In this document: one piece after another, positions 54,902 to 64,000 of the stretch | Layout of the letters: each line of letters opens with the position of its first letter | Numbering within the stretch: position 1 is the stretch's first letter | Source of the DNA: Acidimicrobiales bacterium | Lineage (GTDB): Bacteria > Actinomycetota > Acidimicrobiia > Acidimicrobiales > Bog-793 | Direction of reading: 5' to 3' | Length of the DNA stretch: 64,000 bases | NCBI GenBank assembly: GCA_036510575.1 | Contig: DATCDR010000036.1 | Location: 54,161 to 118,160 of the forward strand | The notes under the pieces: model-generated | Databases searched by the model: none | Told to the model about the DNA's origin: nothing | The model's input: only the letters and a program-made list of their open reading frames with translations | Position numbers and translations under genes: made by a program

Positions 54902-56137
54902 TCAGGCCTGAAGATCGTCAGGGACGAGTTGTTCGGTGATCAGCCGCTCAAATCTCTCGGGACGGCCGTCGACGAAGCGCCGACAAAGCGGCAGTCCCTC
55001 GACATAACACGAGATGTACGAGCGCCACGTCGGGTCCATCAAGAACTCGATCGACTTCTCCGCCCTGGCAGGTGGTAGAAGACCGAAGTGCGCGATCTCC
55101 TTGGCGACCACCTCTGGCGAAGCTCCGTCCTCATGAAGGCGGAACGCCGCATTGGCACGAACCGCTTGTAGCGCCTCACCTGCCTCGGCGACGACGGCGA
55201 CGACGTCCGCGTCATAAGGGATGCCGAGCGGCACCAGGTGCTCTGCTACCAGCTGTTCGGGCCGCTTGCCCATCACGACCTCGAGCCCGAGATCGGCGAG
55301 TCCTTCGGCCAAGAGGCACTGTGGGGTGCCGACTAAGAAGATCGACTCCTCATAGAAGTGGCGGCGGCGGACGAGCCCCACCTCTTTTCGGGTGTGCTCG
55401 GTGTGGTGCCCCGGATAGGCCTCGTGGGCGACGAGGTGCGCGAGTGAGCTCGACAGCACCGGAAGATCGGTATTGATCGCGACTTTGCTCGTTAACTCGC
55501 CGAGGTAGTAGTTAAAGCCGCTCCAGGGCTTGTTGGTCACCAGGTCGAACTCGACCGACTCGCCATCTGGCAGGCCAAAAGCGGCGTAGGTGCGCGCCCG
55601 CAGATCCTCTGCGAGGGAGGCGATCGCTGGTCGGAGCAGCTCCGGCGGCACGGCAAGCGACTCACGCCAAGCGATCAGGCGCTCCGCGAGCGGCCCGGAT
55701 CCGGGCACCACCGACTCCAGGTTCTTGTGCGCCTCGAGGATCTCCTCTTCTGGAAAGCGCGTCGGGCGCACGCCGTAACAAGCAGCAACCTCATCGGCGT
55801 AACCAATCGCCTCGCCGCTAAGGATTCGGGCGCTCGTCAGCAGTCCGATCGTCTGGGCGCGAAGCCACCTCCGACGCCGGGCATCCTCGCCCTCGACGGG
55901 TTGCCCGGCGTCGGCCATCGGTGAGCCGAGCGGCTCGCCGGCGTCAAGGGCGGCGAGCAGGGACCGCACGTCGCGCTGCAACACGTCGGGACCAACCATC
56001 GGAGCGGTCGCGGCAAAGGCGGCGAGCGCCGGCGGACCGTAGTACGCGTCGACGAATCCGTCGATATGGCGACCAAGAGCAAGTCCGAGCTCGATGTATC
56101 GGGTTACGAGCCCGCCGGTGGAAGTCGAGGGAGCCAC
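54902..56137 (-). CDS. DUF885-family protein (metallopeptidase-like HExxPGHH motif)
   Basis: 411 aa. Contains HLVAHEAYPGHHTEH, characteristic of DUF885. Confidence 0.65.
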   Translation of the reverse strand: MAPSTSTGGLVTRYIELGLALGRHIDGFVDAYYGPPALAAFAATAPMVGPDVLQRDVRSLLAALDAGEPLGSPMADAGQPVEGEDARRRRWLRAQTIGLLTSARILSGEAIGYADEVAACYGVRPTRFPEEEILEAHKNLESVVPGSGPLAERLIAWRESLAVPPELLRPAIASLAEDLRARTYAAFGLPDGESVEFDLVTNKPWSGFNYYLGELTSKVAINTDLPVLSSSLAHLVAHEAYPGHHTEHTRKEVGLVRRRHFYEESIFLVGTPQCLLAEGLADLGLEVVMGKRPEQLVAEHLVPLGIPYDADVVAVVAEAGEALQAVRANAAFRLHEDGASPEVVAKEIAHFGLLPPARAEKSIEFLMDPTWRSYISCYVEGLPLCRRFVDGRPERFERLITEQLVPDDLQA

Positions 56138-56183
56138 GCACGAGAGGCTACCGTTTTGCCCCGCTCGGACCTCGGCAGGGCCG

Positions 56184-57176
56184 CTACTGCTGTCGGGCGA
56201 ACCCGAGAAGCTCAGAAGGTGCCCGGCACTCGGCTCGGCGAAGCGCGAGCTGCGGAACCGCCCGTCCTCGCGGCCCGACCACAGCAGCTACCCGCTCGGC
56301 CTCGAGGAAGGCCACGTGCCGATGGTGCCGAGTCGAGCGCACGCCTCCGCTCCCACGAAGGAGGGCGAAGTCGTCATCCTCGTCGTCTTCGAGGTCGAAA
56401 CCGGCGAGTGCCGTCGCATCTGTCGAGACGGTCCGGTCCACGATCTCGGCGAACAGCTCAGCAGGCAACACCCGGCCGACACCGGTTGTGACCCAACAGG
56501 GCACATCCGCCATGCTCGCGGCAGTCGCGAGCACTTTTTGGTCCCGGTCGACGAGAAATCCGGATGGCCCGGCGGCGAGCGCCTCGAGCACCAGCAGATG
56601 AGGTCCCTCGCCCATCATCTCGGCGCCCTCGACATCGAAGTCGCGCGCATCGATCCCGATGACGTCAGCCACCCTGCTCAGCCGTCGGAGGACCTCGTTT
56701 AAGCGGTACGGCATACCAACGACGGTGACCGACAGATCAGGACGCAGGTTCAACGCAGCTGCGAGACCTGCCTTGGCTGGAATCACCACGGAAGCACCGC
56801 CTGGAAAACTGGCAGCGAGCTCCTCTGCCGTCGGGTCGTCCGCGAGTGCTTCGATCGCGGCATAGGCCGCATCGAAGGGTTCATCGGCGACGATCACCTT
56901 CGCGGCGACCCACCACAACGGGCCGCAACTCGGGTGCGCCTCGATCAGCCGCCGACAGGCAGGGACGAGGGCCTGCGCCTCGTAGGTGAGCGATCCGAGT
57001 GCCTCCGCCGCTTCTTGCGCGAGTAGGACCGGATCGACGTCGCCGGCGCGGGCGACGTGACGAAGCCTCTCGATCGGATGCACGATGCCGACGCTACCGG
57101 CGCGCGTGGCACCTGTGGCGCCTGTGCAGCAGTTTGGCCCAGAAAACACAGAAAACTCGGCCCTACTTGCGATCAC
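56184..57176 (-). CDS. Hypothetical protein
   Basis: 330-aa ORF with a coding-like central part (HPIERLRHVARAGDVDPVLLAQEAAEALGSL...), an acidic DLEDDEDDD patch and an Arg-rich tail. Family not recognised; start uncertain. Confidence 0.45.
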   Translation of the reverse strand: MIASRAEFSVFSGPNCCTGATGATRAGSVGIVHPIERLRHVARAGDVDPVLLAQEAAEALGSLTYEAQALVPACRRLIEAHPSCGPLWWVAAKVIVADEPFDAAYAAIEALADDPTAEELAASFPGGASVVIPAKAGLAAALNLRPDLSVTVVGMPYRLNEVLRRLSRVADVIGIDARDFDVEGAEMMGEGPHLLVLEALAAGPSGFLVDRDQKVLATAASMADVPCWVTTGVGRVLPAELFAEIVDRTVSTDATALAGFDLEDDEDDDFALLRGSGGVRSTRHHRHVAFLEAERVAAVVGPRGRAVPQLALRRAECRAPSELLGFARQQ

Positions 57177-57205
57177 AAGGTCCCACCACTACCGTCGCTC
57201 GGATC

Positions 57206-58327
57206 GTGCAACTCCCCGATCTGCCCGTACGGGCCAGGCGAGCAGTCCGAAGCCAGCGCGCAGTCGCCCCTCGGGTCGCGACATGCTTCGCGCTCTCCAT
57301 CCTTGGATGGATGGCCGTCCCGACGAGCCCGAGCGATGCCACGTCGAGTACGACGCTTCGTGCCGAGGCGGTTCATCTCGCCGGCGAGATCGACACCTTG
57401 AACACCAAGATCGAGATCCTGTCCGAGGAGTACGACCAGGCGTCTGGACATCTGAGCGTGATCCGCCATCAGCTCGCCGGTGACGAGCACGCGATCACGA
57501 TTGCACAGTCGAACGTCACCCTCGACACGGCAAAGCTGACGAATCAAGCAGTGAACGCCTACGTCAACGCCGGAGCCGAGACCGCGTTCTCTGCGGTGAT
57601 CTCAAAGAGCGGCAACTCCTTGCCGCTGCAGCAGACCTACCTCGCGGTGGCTTCGGGAAACCTCTCGAGCGATGTCACGACACTCGAGAACTCCAAGTAC
57701 GCACTGCACGAGCGCGGACTCGCGCTCTCGAGCGAGGAAGCACAAGCTGCTGCCACAACGGCGACGCTGGCCGCTGCCCAGTCCAACGCCGCCAACCTTG
57801 CGAGTCAGCTGAGGTCGACGCTCGATGGAGTGAACGGTCAGCTCGCGACCGCCGTTGCCGCACAAGAGGCGGCACAACAAGAGGCTGCGAACCAGGCTGC
57901 CGCTGCGGAAGCGGTCCAGGCGAGCGTGGCGACGCCGCCTCCCGTCGTTGCACCTGCGCCAACGACAGCTGGTAGCTCAACAAGTGGCGCGAGCGCTATT
58001 CATGCAGCCGAGACACAGCTTGGCGTTCCCTACGTCTGGGCCGGTGCGTCACCTGGGGGCTTTGACTGCTCAGGCCTGGCGATGTGGGCATGGGGACAAG
58101 CAGGTGTGAGCCTTCCCCACTCCGCCCAGGCGCAGTACGACTCGGTCGAACACGTCAGCCTGAGCGATCTCGAGCCGGGCGACCTGATCTTTTATGCAGA
58201 TGGTGGGTACATCTACCACGTCGTGATGTACGTAGGCGGGAACGAAGTGATCCAGGCAGAAAATACCGGCACGAACGTCATGTACACCTCGATCCCGCCG
58301 GGTCCCTACGGGGCAGGAAGGCCCTAG
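57206..58327 (+). CDS. Secreted NlpC/P60 peptidoglycan endopeptidase with N-terminal coiled-coil (RipA-like architecture)
   Basis: C-terminal GVPYVWAGASPGGFDCSGLAMWAWGQAG...GDLIFY...HVVMYVG catalytic Cys/His core, with a long Ala/Gln-rich coiled region upstream. I chose the GTG at 57206 to avoid overlap with the divergent gene; the start is uncertain. Confidence 0.8.
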   Translation: MQLPDLPVRARRAVRSQRAVAPRVATCFALSILGWMAVPTSPSDATSSTTLRAEAVHLAGEIDTLNTKIEILSEEYDQASGHLSVIRHQLAGDEHAITIAQSNVTLDTAKLTNQAVNAYVNAGAETAFSAVISKSGNSLPLQQTYLAVASGNLSSDVTTLENSKYALHERGLALSSEEAQAAATTATLAAAQSNAANLASQLRSTLDGVNGQLATAVAAQEAAQQEAANQAAAAEAVQASVATPPPVVAPAPTTAGSSTSGASAIHAAETQLGVPYVWAGASPGGFDCSGLAMWAWGQAGVSLPHSAQAQYDSVEHVSLSDLEPGDLIFYADGGYIYHVVMYVGGNEVIQAENTGTNVMYTSIPPGPYGAGRP

Positions 58328-58347
58328 CCCGACAATACGCGGGCGAT

Positions 58348-58875
58348 CTAGCTCCTCGAGCGACGCGCGATCTCGAGCCCTGGCGCGAACCATGGCGCGA
58401 ACTCGGCGGTCCGCGCTGCGTCATCGAAGGCCTCAGGCGGCAACAAGCGCCACTCCGCTACCTCGCTCGGGTCCGGGTGGATGATCCCCGCGATGCCGCC
58501 GACGAGCACCCAGTCGAACTCATGCTCGATGAGGCCTGAACTCGAGCAACTCGCTCGGTAAGTGAAGTTGCCAACAACTCGCAACTCGCAGGTGATGCCG
58601 AGCTCCTCTTTCACGCGCAACTCCGCTGACGTGATCAGATCCTCGCCTGGCTGGGGGTGGCTGCAGCAGCTGTTCGCCCACATCAGCGGGAAGTGGTACT
58701 TCGTGGCTGCTCTTCGCTGGATCAACAAGCTGCCGTCGGGCGCGAACAAGAAGACGGAAAAGGCCAGGTGAAGGTGGCCGGGCGGCTGGTGCACCTCCAG
58801 CTTGTCGGCGACGCCAACCTCAGTGCCGTCGACGTCGACCAGGACGGCCTGGCTGCGCCCGAACTCTTCAGCCAC
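58348..58875 (-). CDS. idi: Isopentenyl-diphosphate delta-isomerase, type 1 (Nudix)
   Basis: 175 aa. HLAFSVFLFAPDGSLLIQRRAATKYHFPLMWANSCCSHP...RVKEELGI. Confidence 0.88.
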   Translation of the reverse strand: MAEEFGRSQAVLVDVDGTEVGVADKLEVHQPPGHLHLAFSVFLFAPDGSLLIQRRAATKYHFPLMWANSCCSHPQPGEDLITSAELRVKEELGITCELRVVGNFTYRASCSSSGLIEHEFDWVLVGGIAGIIHPDPSEVAEWRLLPPEAFDDAARTAEFAPWFAPGLEIARRSRS

Positions 58876-59050
58876 CTGTCCTCCTCGCTCAAATGGTTCG
58901 CCGAATCGTATCGACCCGAGGCGCGGATCTCGGGGATCTAGCCCAGGCGGTGCAAGAGCACCTCGACGCCTCCCGCCGCTAGCTCGGAGCCGGCCGGCGA
59001 GCCGTGTTCGATCTCAGGCGGCAAAGCGCGATGAACTCGTTCATATGGCG

Positions 59051-59083
59051 TTCACAAATCCGATACGACATCGAAATCGAAAG
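59051..59083 (+). promoter_or_regulatory. Candidate GlnR-type operator upstream of glnII
   Basis: TTCAC-aaatcc-GATAC-gacatc-GAAAT-c-GAAAG in an AT-rich island about 95-125 nt upstream of the glnII GTG. It is a partial match to the actinobacterial gTnAc-n6-GaAAc box. Confidence 0.3.
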
Positions 59084-59177
59084 CTGCAAACGTAGGCGGG
59101 TGGACCCTGGCGGCCCCCTTATCAGGCTGCCTGGGTCACTGCCCGAAACCATTTGAGACCAACCGTAGGAGTCGTAC

Positions 59178-60185
59178 GTGAGCTACCAAGCTGAGTACAT
59201 CTGGATCGACGGAACCGAGCCGAGTCCGCTGATGCGTTGCAAGACGAAGATCATGGCGGACGGGAAAGAACCGCCGATCTGGGGATTTGACGGCTCCAGC
59301 ACGAATCAGGCGCCAGGGAAGGCCTCGGACTGCGTGCTCCAGCCCGTCTTGGTGCTGCCCGACCCGATCCGAGGAGGCAAGAACGTCCTCGTGCTCTGTG
59401 AGGTGCAGCTCACCGACTTCACGCCGCACCCTACGAACACTCGCGCGACCTGCGTGGCGGTAGCCGAGCGGTTCAAGGACCAGGAGCCGATGTTCGGCAT
59501 CGAGCAGGAGTACACCTTCTTCAAGGACGGTCGGCCGCTTGGATGGCCAGAGATCGGCTACCCGGCTCCCCAGGGTCCGTACTACTGCGGCGTCGGCGGC
59601 GAGTTCATGGTCGGGCGCGACATCGTCGAGCGCCACACCGCGGCTTGCATCGAGGCGGGCATCGGCATCGAGGGCACGAACGCCGAGGTCATGAAGGGCC
59701 AGTGGGAGTTCCAGGTCGGGATACTCGGCGCCCCGGCGGTCGGTGACCACCTGTGGGTCGCGCGATGGCTATTGAACCGCATCTCGGAGGACTACGGCGT
59801 CCAGGCGAGCTTCGCGGCGAAGCCGATCCCAGGTGATTGGAACGGAGCGGGAGCGCACACCAACTTCTCAACCAAGGCCATGCGGGCCGATGGAGGCTTC
59901 GACGCGATCGTCGCAGGAGCCGAGGCACTCGGCACCCGCGTCGAGGAGCACATCGACGGCTACGGAGCTGACATCAAGAGCCGCCTGACCGGCGCGCACG
60001 AGACTGCACCCTGGAACGAGTACAGCTACGGCGTGTCGAACCGAGGTGCATCCGTCCGAATCCCCTGGCAGGTCGACAAGGACAAGAAGGGCTACCTCGA
60101 AGACCGTCGTCCAAACGCCAACGCCGACCCCTACACGGTCTCACGTCTCGTGATGGAGACGATCTGCGGAGCTGCAGCGAAGTAG
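59178..60185 (+). CDS. glnII: Glutamine synthetase type II
   Basis: 335 aa. MSYQAEYIWIDGTEP...WGFDGSSTNQAPG...EQEYTFF...NAEVMKGQWEFQ...NGAGAHTNFS. AGGAG Shine-Dalgarno sequence 6-10 nt upstream of the GTG. Confidence 0.92.
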   Translation: MSYQAEYIWIDGTEPSPLMRCKTKIMADGKEPPIWGFDGSSTNQAPGKASDCVLQPVLVLPDPIRGGKNVLVLCEVQLTDFTPHPTNTRATCVAVAERFKDQEPMFGIEQEYTFFKDGRPLGWPEIGYPAPQGPYYCGVGGEFMVGRDIVERHTAACIEAGIGIEGTNAEVMKGQWEFQVGILGAPAVGDHLWVARWLLNRISEDYGVQASFAAKPIPGDWNGAGAHTNFSTKAMRADGGFDAIVAGAEALGTRVEEHIDGYGADIKSRLTGAHETAPWNEYSYGVSNRGASVRIPWQVDKDKKGYLEDRRPNANADPYTVSRLVMETICGAAAK

Positions 60186-60206
60186 TTCCGGCTCCCTTTG
60201 TTACGT

Positions 60207-60252
60207 CGAACGCACCCAGTGGCCGCTTTGGCCACTGGGTGCGTTCGCTTTT
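60207..60252 (+). terminator. Rho-independent terminator after glnII
   Basis: Perfect 17-18 bp stem GAACGCACCCAGTGGCC (60208-60224) / GGCCACTGGGTGCGTTC (60230-60246), a 5-nt loop, then GCTTTTC. Confidence 0.8.
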
Positions 60253-60335
60253 CGGCCTTCGTCGATTCATGACCCGTCGTCTAACCTCTCGCCTCGTGAC
60301 CGGCCAGATGCCGGAACGGACTTGGGGAGGTCAAG

Positions 60336-61166
60336 ATGCGGTTCGCGACGGTGAGAACGGCTTCGGGCACGAGCGCAGCGCGACTCGACGGGGATGACCT
60401 CGTTTTGTTGAAGGCGACCGACGTCGGCGCGCTACTCGCCGAGGGCGATCTCGATCGAGCAGGTCACGACGAGTCCGGCGGCTCGGTCAAGGCAGCAGAT
60501 GCGGACTTCGCAACGTTGGTGACTCGCCCGTCGAAGGTCTTCTGCGTCGGCCTCAACTATCGGAGCCACATCCTCGAGACCGGCAACACCCTCCCGGAGT
60601 ACCCGACGCTCTTCGCCAAATTCACCGCGGCGCTGATCGGCGCGCACGACGACATCATCTTGCCGAGCGTCTCACAGCGTGCGGACTGGGAAGTGGAGAT
60701 CTGCGTCGTGATCGGCTCCCCACTCCGGCATGCGAGTCGCGAGGAAGCACAACTCGGCATCGCCGGCTACACGGTGTTGAACGACATCTCCATTCGCGAC
60801 TACCAGCGGCGCACGAGCCAGTGGCTCCAAGGCAAGACCTTCGAGAACACCACACCGGTTGGCCCCTACCTCGTCACCGGCGACGAGATCGGCGAAGGCC
60901 TCGACCTCGAAGTTCGCTGCGAGGTCGACGGCCAGGTGATGCAGCTCGATCGCACGAGTGAGCTGGTGTTCGGGGCGCTCGACGTGGTGACGTACTGCTC
61001 GGACGTCCTCACGCTGCAGCCCGGTGATCTGCTCTCCCTCGGCACGACCGGTGGCGTCGGTGATGCTCGGGACCCGAAGGTCTCCCTCAGGGCGGGTCAG
61101 GTAGTTCGCACTTCCATCGAGGGCATCGGCGAGTGCGTCAACACCTGTGTCGACGAAGTCGCCTGA
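60336..61166 (+). CDS. Fumarylacetoacetate hydrolase (FAH) family protein
   Basis: 276 aa. KVFCVGLNYRSH...PTLFAKF...WEVEICVVIG...GYTVLNDISIRD...TFENTTPVGP...GDLLSLGTTGGVG. Confidence 0.85.
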   Translation: MRFATVRTASGTSAARLDGDDLVLLKATDVGALLAEGDLDRAGHDESGGSVKAADADFATLVTRPSKVFCVGLNYRSHILETGNTLPEYPTLFAKFTAALIGAHDDIILPSVSQRADWEVEICVVIGSPLRHASREEAQLGIAGYTVLNDISIRDYQRRTSQWLQGKTFENTTPVGPYLVTGDEIGEGLDLEVRCEVDGQVMQLDRTSELVFGALDVVTYCSDVLTLQPGDLLSLGTTGGVGDARDPKVSLRAGQVVRTSIEGIGECVNTCVDEVA

Positions 61167-61219
61167 TCAACCGCTCGACTTATCGGCTCGCGAGTTCGAC
61201 GTGAGGTCGTACTGAGGAG

Positions 61220-61468
61220 ATGCCACTCTTTTCCAGTAGGCGGACGCACGCGACGAGCGAAGATATGCCAGAGGCCAGGCTGCGCAAGGCCGAAGCAGCG
61301 TCGCAGGCGCGTCTTGACGCGATGCACGCCAGGGTCGAGATCGAGAGCAAGCTCCGCGACATCGGTCAGCTCATCTACGGCGAGCGGACCGGGCGATCAG
61401 AGGGGGGTGACGCCGAAGTGATCGACCGCCTCGTGGAGGAGATCCGGGCACTGGAGTTTCCAAGCTGA
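61220..61468 (+). CDS. Small hypothetical helical protein
   Basis: 82-aa ORF (or 67 aa from the internal ATG at 61265), charged and helical (ARLRKAEAASQARLDAMHARVEIESKLRD). No family recognised. Confidence 0.3.
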   Translation: MPLFSSRRTHATSEDMPEARLRKAEAASQARLDAMHARVEIESKLRDIGQLIYGERTGRSEGGDAEVIDRLVEEIRALEFPS

Positions 61469-61501
61469 GGCTCGCAACCAAGCATCTGCTTCGACGATGC
61501 C

Positions 61502-62428
61502 TCAGTAACCCAGCCGGTCGATGACCTCGGTTCGACGCTGCCAGTCGCGTTCGACACGCACGACGAGGTCGAGATAGGTGCCGTCTGGCAACTGCGCCCT
61601 CGCGGCCTCGCCGGCAGCTTTCAGCACCGCACCACCGTGGCCGATCACGATTCCTTTTTGCGAGTCGCGCTCGACGAGGATCTCACAGCGCACATAGGGC
61701 CACTCCCACTCGACGACCCGGCACGCGATCGAATGCGGCAGCTCCTCTCGTGCCACTCGCAGCAGCTGCTCACGCACGAGCTCGGCGACGAAGACCGGGT
61801 CCGGCGTGTCACGCACGACGTCCGCGTCGTAAAAGCGAGGACCAAGCGACAAGCGACCGACGAGGTGGTTCACGAGCTCGGGAACACCCCTGCCGGTCCG
61901 CGCCGAGACCGGGAAGAACTCCGAGTCGTCAAGACCGAGCTCCGTCTGGGCGTGTTCGAGCTGTTCGAAGACTTTTTTCGGGTCGACGGCGTCGAGCTTG
62001 TTGACGACGACGATCGAATTCTTCGGAAGCCTGGCCGCGACGAAGCGATCGCCCGGACCGATCGGTGAGGATGCCTCGATCACTAACACGTTGACATCAA
62101 CGTCGGCAAAGGTCGCTGTCGCCGTCGCGTTCAGCCGCGTGCCGAGCTCGGTTCGAGGACGGTGGATGCCGGGCGTGTCGACAAAGACGATCTGATAGCC
62201 CTCACCGTTCAAGACGCCCCGGATCGCGGTGCGCGTCGTGTTCGGGTTCCACGACGTGATCGAGACCTTCTCGCCGAGGATCCGGTTCAAAAGCGTCGAC
62301 TTGCCGACATTTGGTCGACCGACGATCGAGACGAAGCCGGATCGGAAGCCCTCGCTCGGCTCACCTTCATCGTGAGCAGGTGCGCCCGTCGTGGCGTCAT
62401 CTGAGGTGGCGTTCACTGGATCGCTCAC
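61502..62428 (-). CDS. era: GTPase Era
   Basis: 308 aa. GRPNVGKST (G1), DTPG (G3), NKLD (G4), plus a KH domain at the C-terminus. Confidence 0.93.
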   Translation of the reverse strand: MSDPVNATSDDATTGAPAHDEGEPSEGFRSGFVSIVGRPNVGKSTLLNRILGEKVSITSWNPNTTRTAIRGVLNGEGYQIVFVDTPGIHRPRTELGTRLNATATATFADVDVNVLVIEASSPIGPGDRFVAARLPKNSIVVVNKLDAVDPKKVFEQLEHAQTELGLDDSEFFPVSARTGRGVPELVNHLVGRLSLGPRFYDADVVRDTPDPVFVAELVREQLLRVAREELPHSIACRVVEWEWPYVRCEILVERDSQKGIVIGHGGAVLKAAGEAARAQLPDGTYLDLVVRVERDWQRRTEVIDRLGY

Positions 62429-63723
62429 GGACGGCTCTCCTCGGGGGCGACCCCCGCATGTTCTCGGCGGATCAGCCGCACCGTTCGAATCCGACGGGCC
62501 TGCACGCGTTCCACGACGAGATCGTAGGGCCCTACCGTGATCCGATCGCCTTCTCTTGGCACCTGCCCGCGAAAGTGAAACGCGAGACCGCCAATGGTGT
62601 CCCAGTCCCCTTCGGGAAGATCGACATCGAGGACCTCGTTGACCTCATCGATCGACATCTGACCCGGAATGAGCAGCTCGATGTCTGAGAGCCGCTCGAG
62701 GCGTGGCGAGTCGCGATCAGACTCGTCGGCGATCTCGCCGACGAGCTCTTCGATCAGGTCTTCGAGGGTGACGATGCCAGCCGTCACGCCGTACTCGTCG
62801 ACGACCACAGCCAGATGGAACTGCTCTTGTTGCATCTCTTTTAGGAGTGGCGCGACGCGCTTGGTCTCAGGGACGTAGCGCGGCTCGCGCGCGCGCGTGC
62901 TCACCGGCTGGTCGTCGAGATGACTCCAGCTCGCCTTCACGAGGTCGCGGGAGAGCACCACACCGGTAATGTCGTCGACGCTCGTCGCGAACACCGGGAT
63001 GCGGCTCAGTCCAGAGCTGATCGCCAACTCGAGCACGGCCCGGCACGTCATCGAGCTCTCGACGGCGACAACGTCGGGACGAGGCACCATAACCTCACGA
63101 ACGATCGTGTCGCCGAACTCGAAGATCGATGTGAGAAGCGCTCGCTCCTCCTCCTCAATGACGTCGGCTTCGACCGCGACGCCTGCCATCGCCAATAACT
63201 CCGACTCGGTCACGTCAGAGTTTGTCCCGGAGTCGTCGAGAGGGACGACAAAGTCCGTGATGCCTTGCATTAACGACGACACCGCTCGGATCGGCAGGAA
63301 CTTGATCAACACCGAGACGATCGGGGCGGAGAGCAGTGCCGCGCGGTCGACTCGCTGCACCGCCCAGTTCTTCGGAATCGACTCCGCCACGAGGAAGATC
63401 ACGAAGATCTCGAAGATGACGCCCGCGGCAACACCGGCGGTGCCGAAGAGCCTGTTCGCCACGAGGCTGACGAGCGAAGCGGCAACTAATTGACAGATCA
63501 TCACGAGAAGCAGGACCGGCCCGAGAAAGTTCTGCGGGTTGTCGACGAGGCGCTCAAGTGAACGAGCCGAACGACGGCCGTCCTCGACGAGCGACCGCGC
63601 TCTGGCCTTGGTGATGCTCACGAGACTGGTCTCGGCGATCGCCAGAAGTCCCGAACATGCGACGAGTACGACGACGGCAACGAGCATCACCGCCTGAGCC
63701 GCCCCGAAGCTGGCAGCTATCAC
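62425..63723 (-). CDS. CNNM/HlyC-CorC family protein (DUF21 + CBS pair + CorC_HlyC)
   Basis: 432 aa. Has an N-terminal 4-TM DUF21, [13 protein letters not shown]-like repeats and a C-terminal transporter-associated domain. 4-nt overlaps with ybeY and era. Confidence 0.85.
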   Translation of the reverse strand: MIAASFGAAQAVMLVAVVVLVACSGLLAIAETSLVSITKARARSLVEDGRRSARSLERLVDNPQNFLGPVLLLVMICQLVAASLVSLVANRLFGTAGVAAGVIFEIFVIFLVAESIPKNWAVQRVDRAALLSAPIVSVLIKFLPIRAVSSLMQGITDFVVPLDDSGTNSDVTESELLAMAGVAVEADVIEEEERALLTSIFEFGDTIVREVMVPRPDVVAVESSMTCRAVLELAISSGLSRIPVFATSVDDITGVVLSRDLVKASWSHLDDQPVSTRAREPRYVPETKRVAPLLKEMQQEQFHLAVVVDEYGVTAGIVTLEDLIEELVGEIADESDRDSPRLERLSDIELLIPGQMSIDEVNEVLDVDLPEGDWDTIGGLAFHFRGQVPREGDRITVGPYDLVVERVQARRIRTVRLIRREHAGVAPEESRP

Positions 63724-64000
63724 GGCGTCTCGGGCTTGTTGTCACGGTGGTGAAGCTTGAGCAACTCTTGCTCACGTGCCTCCATGATCTCGGCCTCGTC
63801 GTCGATCTCGTGGTCCATGCCGAGGAGGTGCAAGATCCCGTGCACCAACAACAGCGCCAGCTCGTCTTCGTAGGTCCCGGCGTGTTCGGGCGCATTGCGG
63901 AATGCGACCTCTGGGCAGATCACGATGTCGCCGAGCAACACTGGGGCGTCGTCGAGGCTCGGCGGCTCCCAACCGGGACCGGTCCCGCCGGCGTCGGGCA
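63720..64000 (-). CDS. ybeY: Endoribonuclease YbeY (partial, 5' end beyond window)
   Basis: [11 protein letters not shown]...[18 protein letters not shown] zinc-binding H-x3-H-x5-H motif. The frame stays open to the window edge. Confidence 0.88.
   Translation of the reverse strand, partial: PDAGGTGPGWEPPSLDDAPVLLGDIVICPEVAFRNAPEHAGTYEDELALLLVHGILHLLGMDHEIDDEAEIMEAREQELLKLHHRDNKPETP

Noticed and set aside
1-64000. Looked for CRISPR arrays, rRNA, tRNA and obvious riboswitch-like leaders
   Set aside because: I noticed no regularly spaced direct repeats, no cloverleaf-compatible 70-90 nt segments in the intergenic gaps and no rRNA-like conserved stretches. This is a visual scan only; tRNAscan-SE, Infernal and a CRISPR finder should confirm it.

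Overview
High-GC (about 67% in a 60-nt sample I hand-counted at the left edge), Actinomycetota-like chromosomal window. Housekeeping genes flank both sides: sufB, mutY and a RodZ_C-like membrane protein on the left. On the right are citE-like, DUF885, an NlpC/P60 hydrolase, idi, glnII, a FAH-family gene and the era / CNNM-CorC / ybeY operon. Between them, about 5.4-54.0 kb, lies one very large glycan-biosynthesis super-locus. By eye it holds 6 GT4 genes (7 GT4 domains) and 5 GT2 genes, 3 of which look like polyprenol-phosphate-sugar synthases. It also holds 6 large polytopic membrane proteins (563-757 aa) that look like GT-C-type extracytoplasmic glycosyltransferases or polymerases, and one Wzx/MOP flippase. 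A 9-TM DMT/NIPA-like protein and 9 SAM methyltransferases (a tenth sits at the border) are present too. Two nucleotide-sugar pathways are encoded: Ugd-Uxs, and RfbF-RfbG plus a C-methyltransferase, an RmlC-like epimerase and an SDR. The most interesting structures are: (i) a tight ugd-uxs-GT2-GT-C operon with Arn/Rgt-like logic that predicts a lipid-linked pentose or uronate donor; (ii) a duplicated coiled-coil-methyltransferase + GT4 module, reminiscent of WbdD/WbdA chain-length control but with no ABC exporter in view; (iii) a paralogous pair of unassigned GT-C-like proteins; (iv) frameshifted relics of rfbF, rfbG and the DMT gene that record a decayed second copy of the CDP-sugar block; (v) an IS21-type transposase relic and low-GC patches that mark mosaic acquisition. 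I saw no rRNA, tRNA or CRISPR array. All family calls come from motif recognition by eye. Start codons are often uncertain because the ORF track extends to the most upstream ATG/GTG/TTG.
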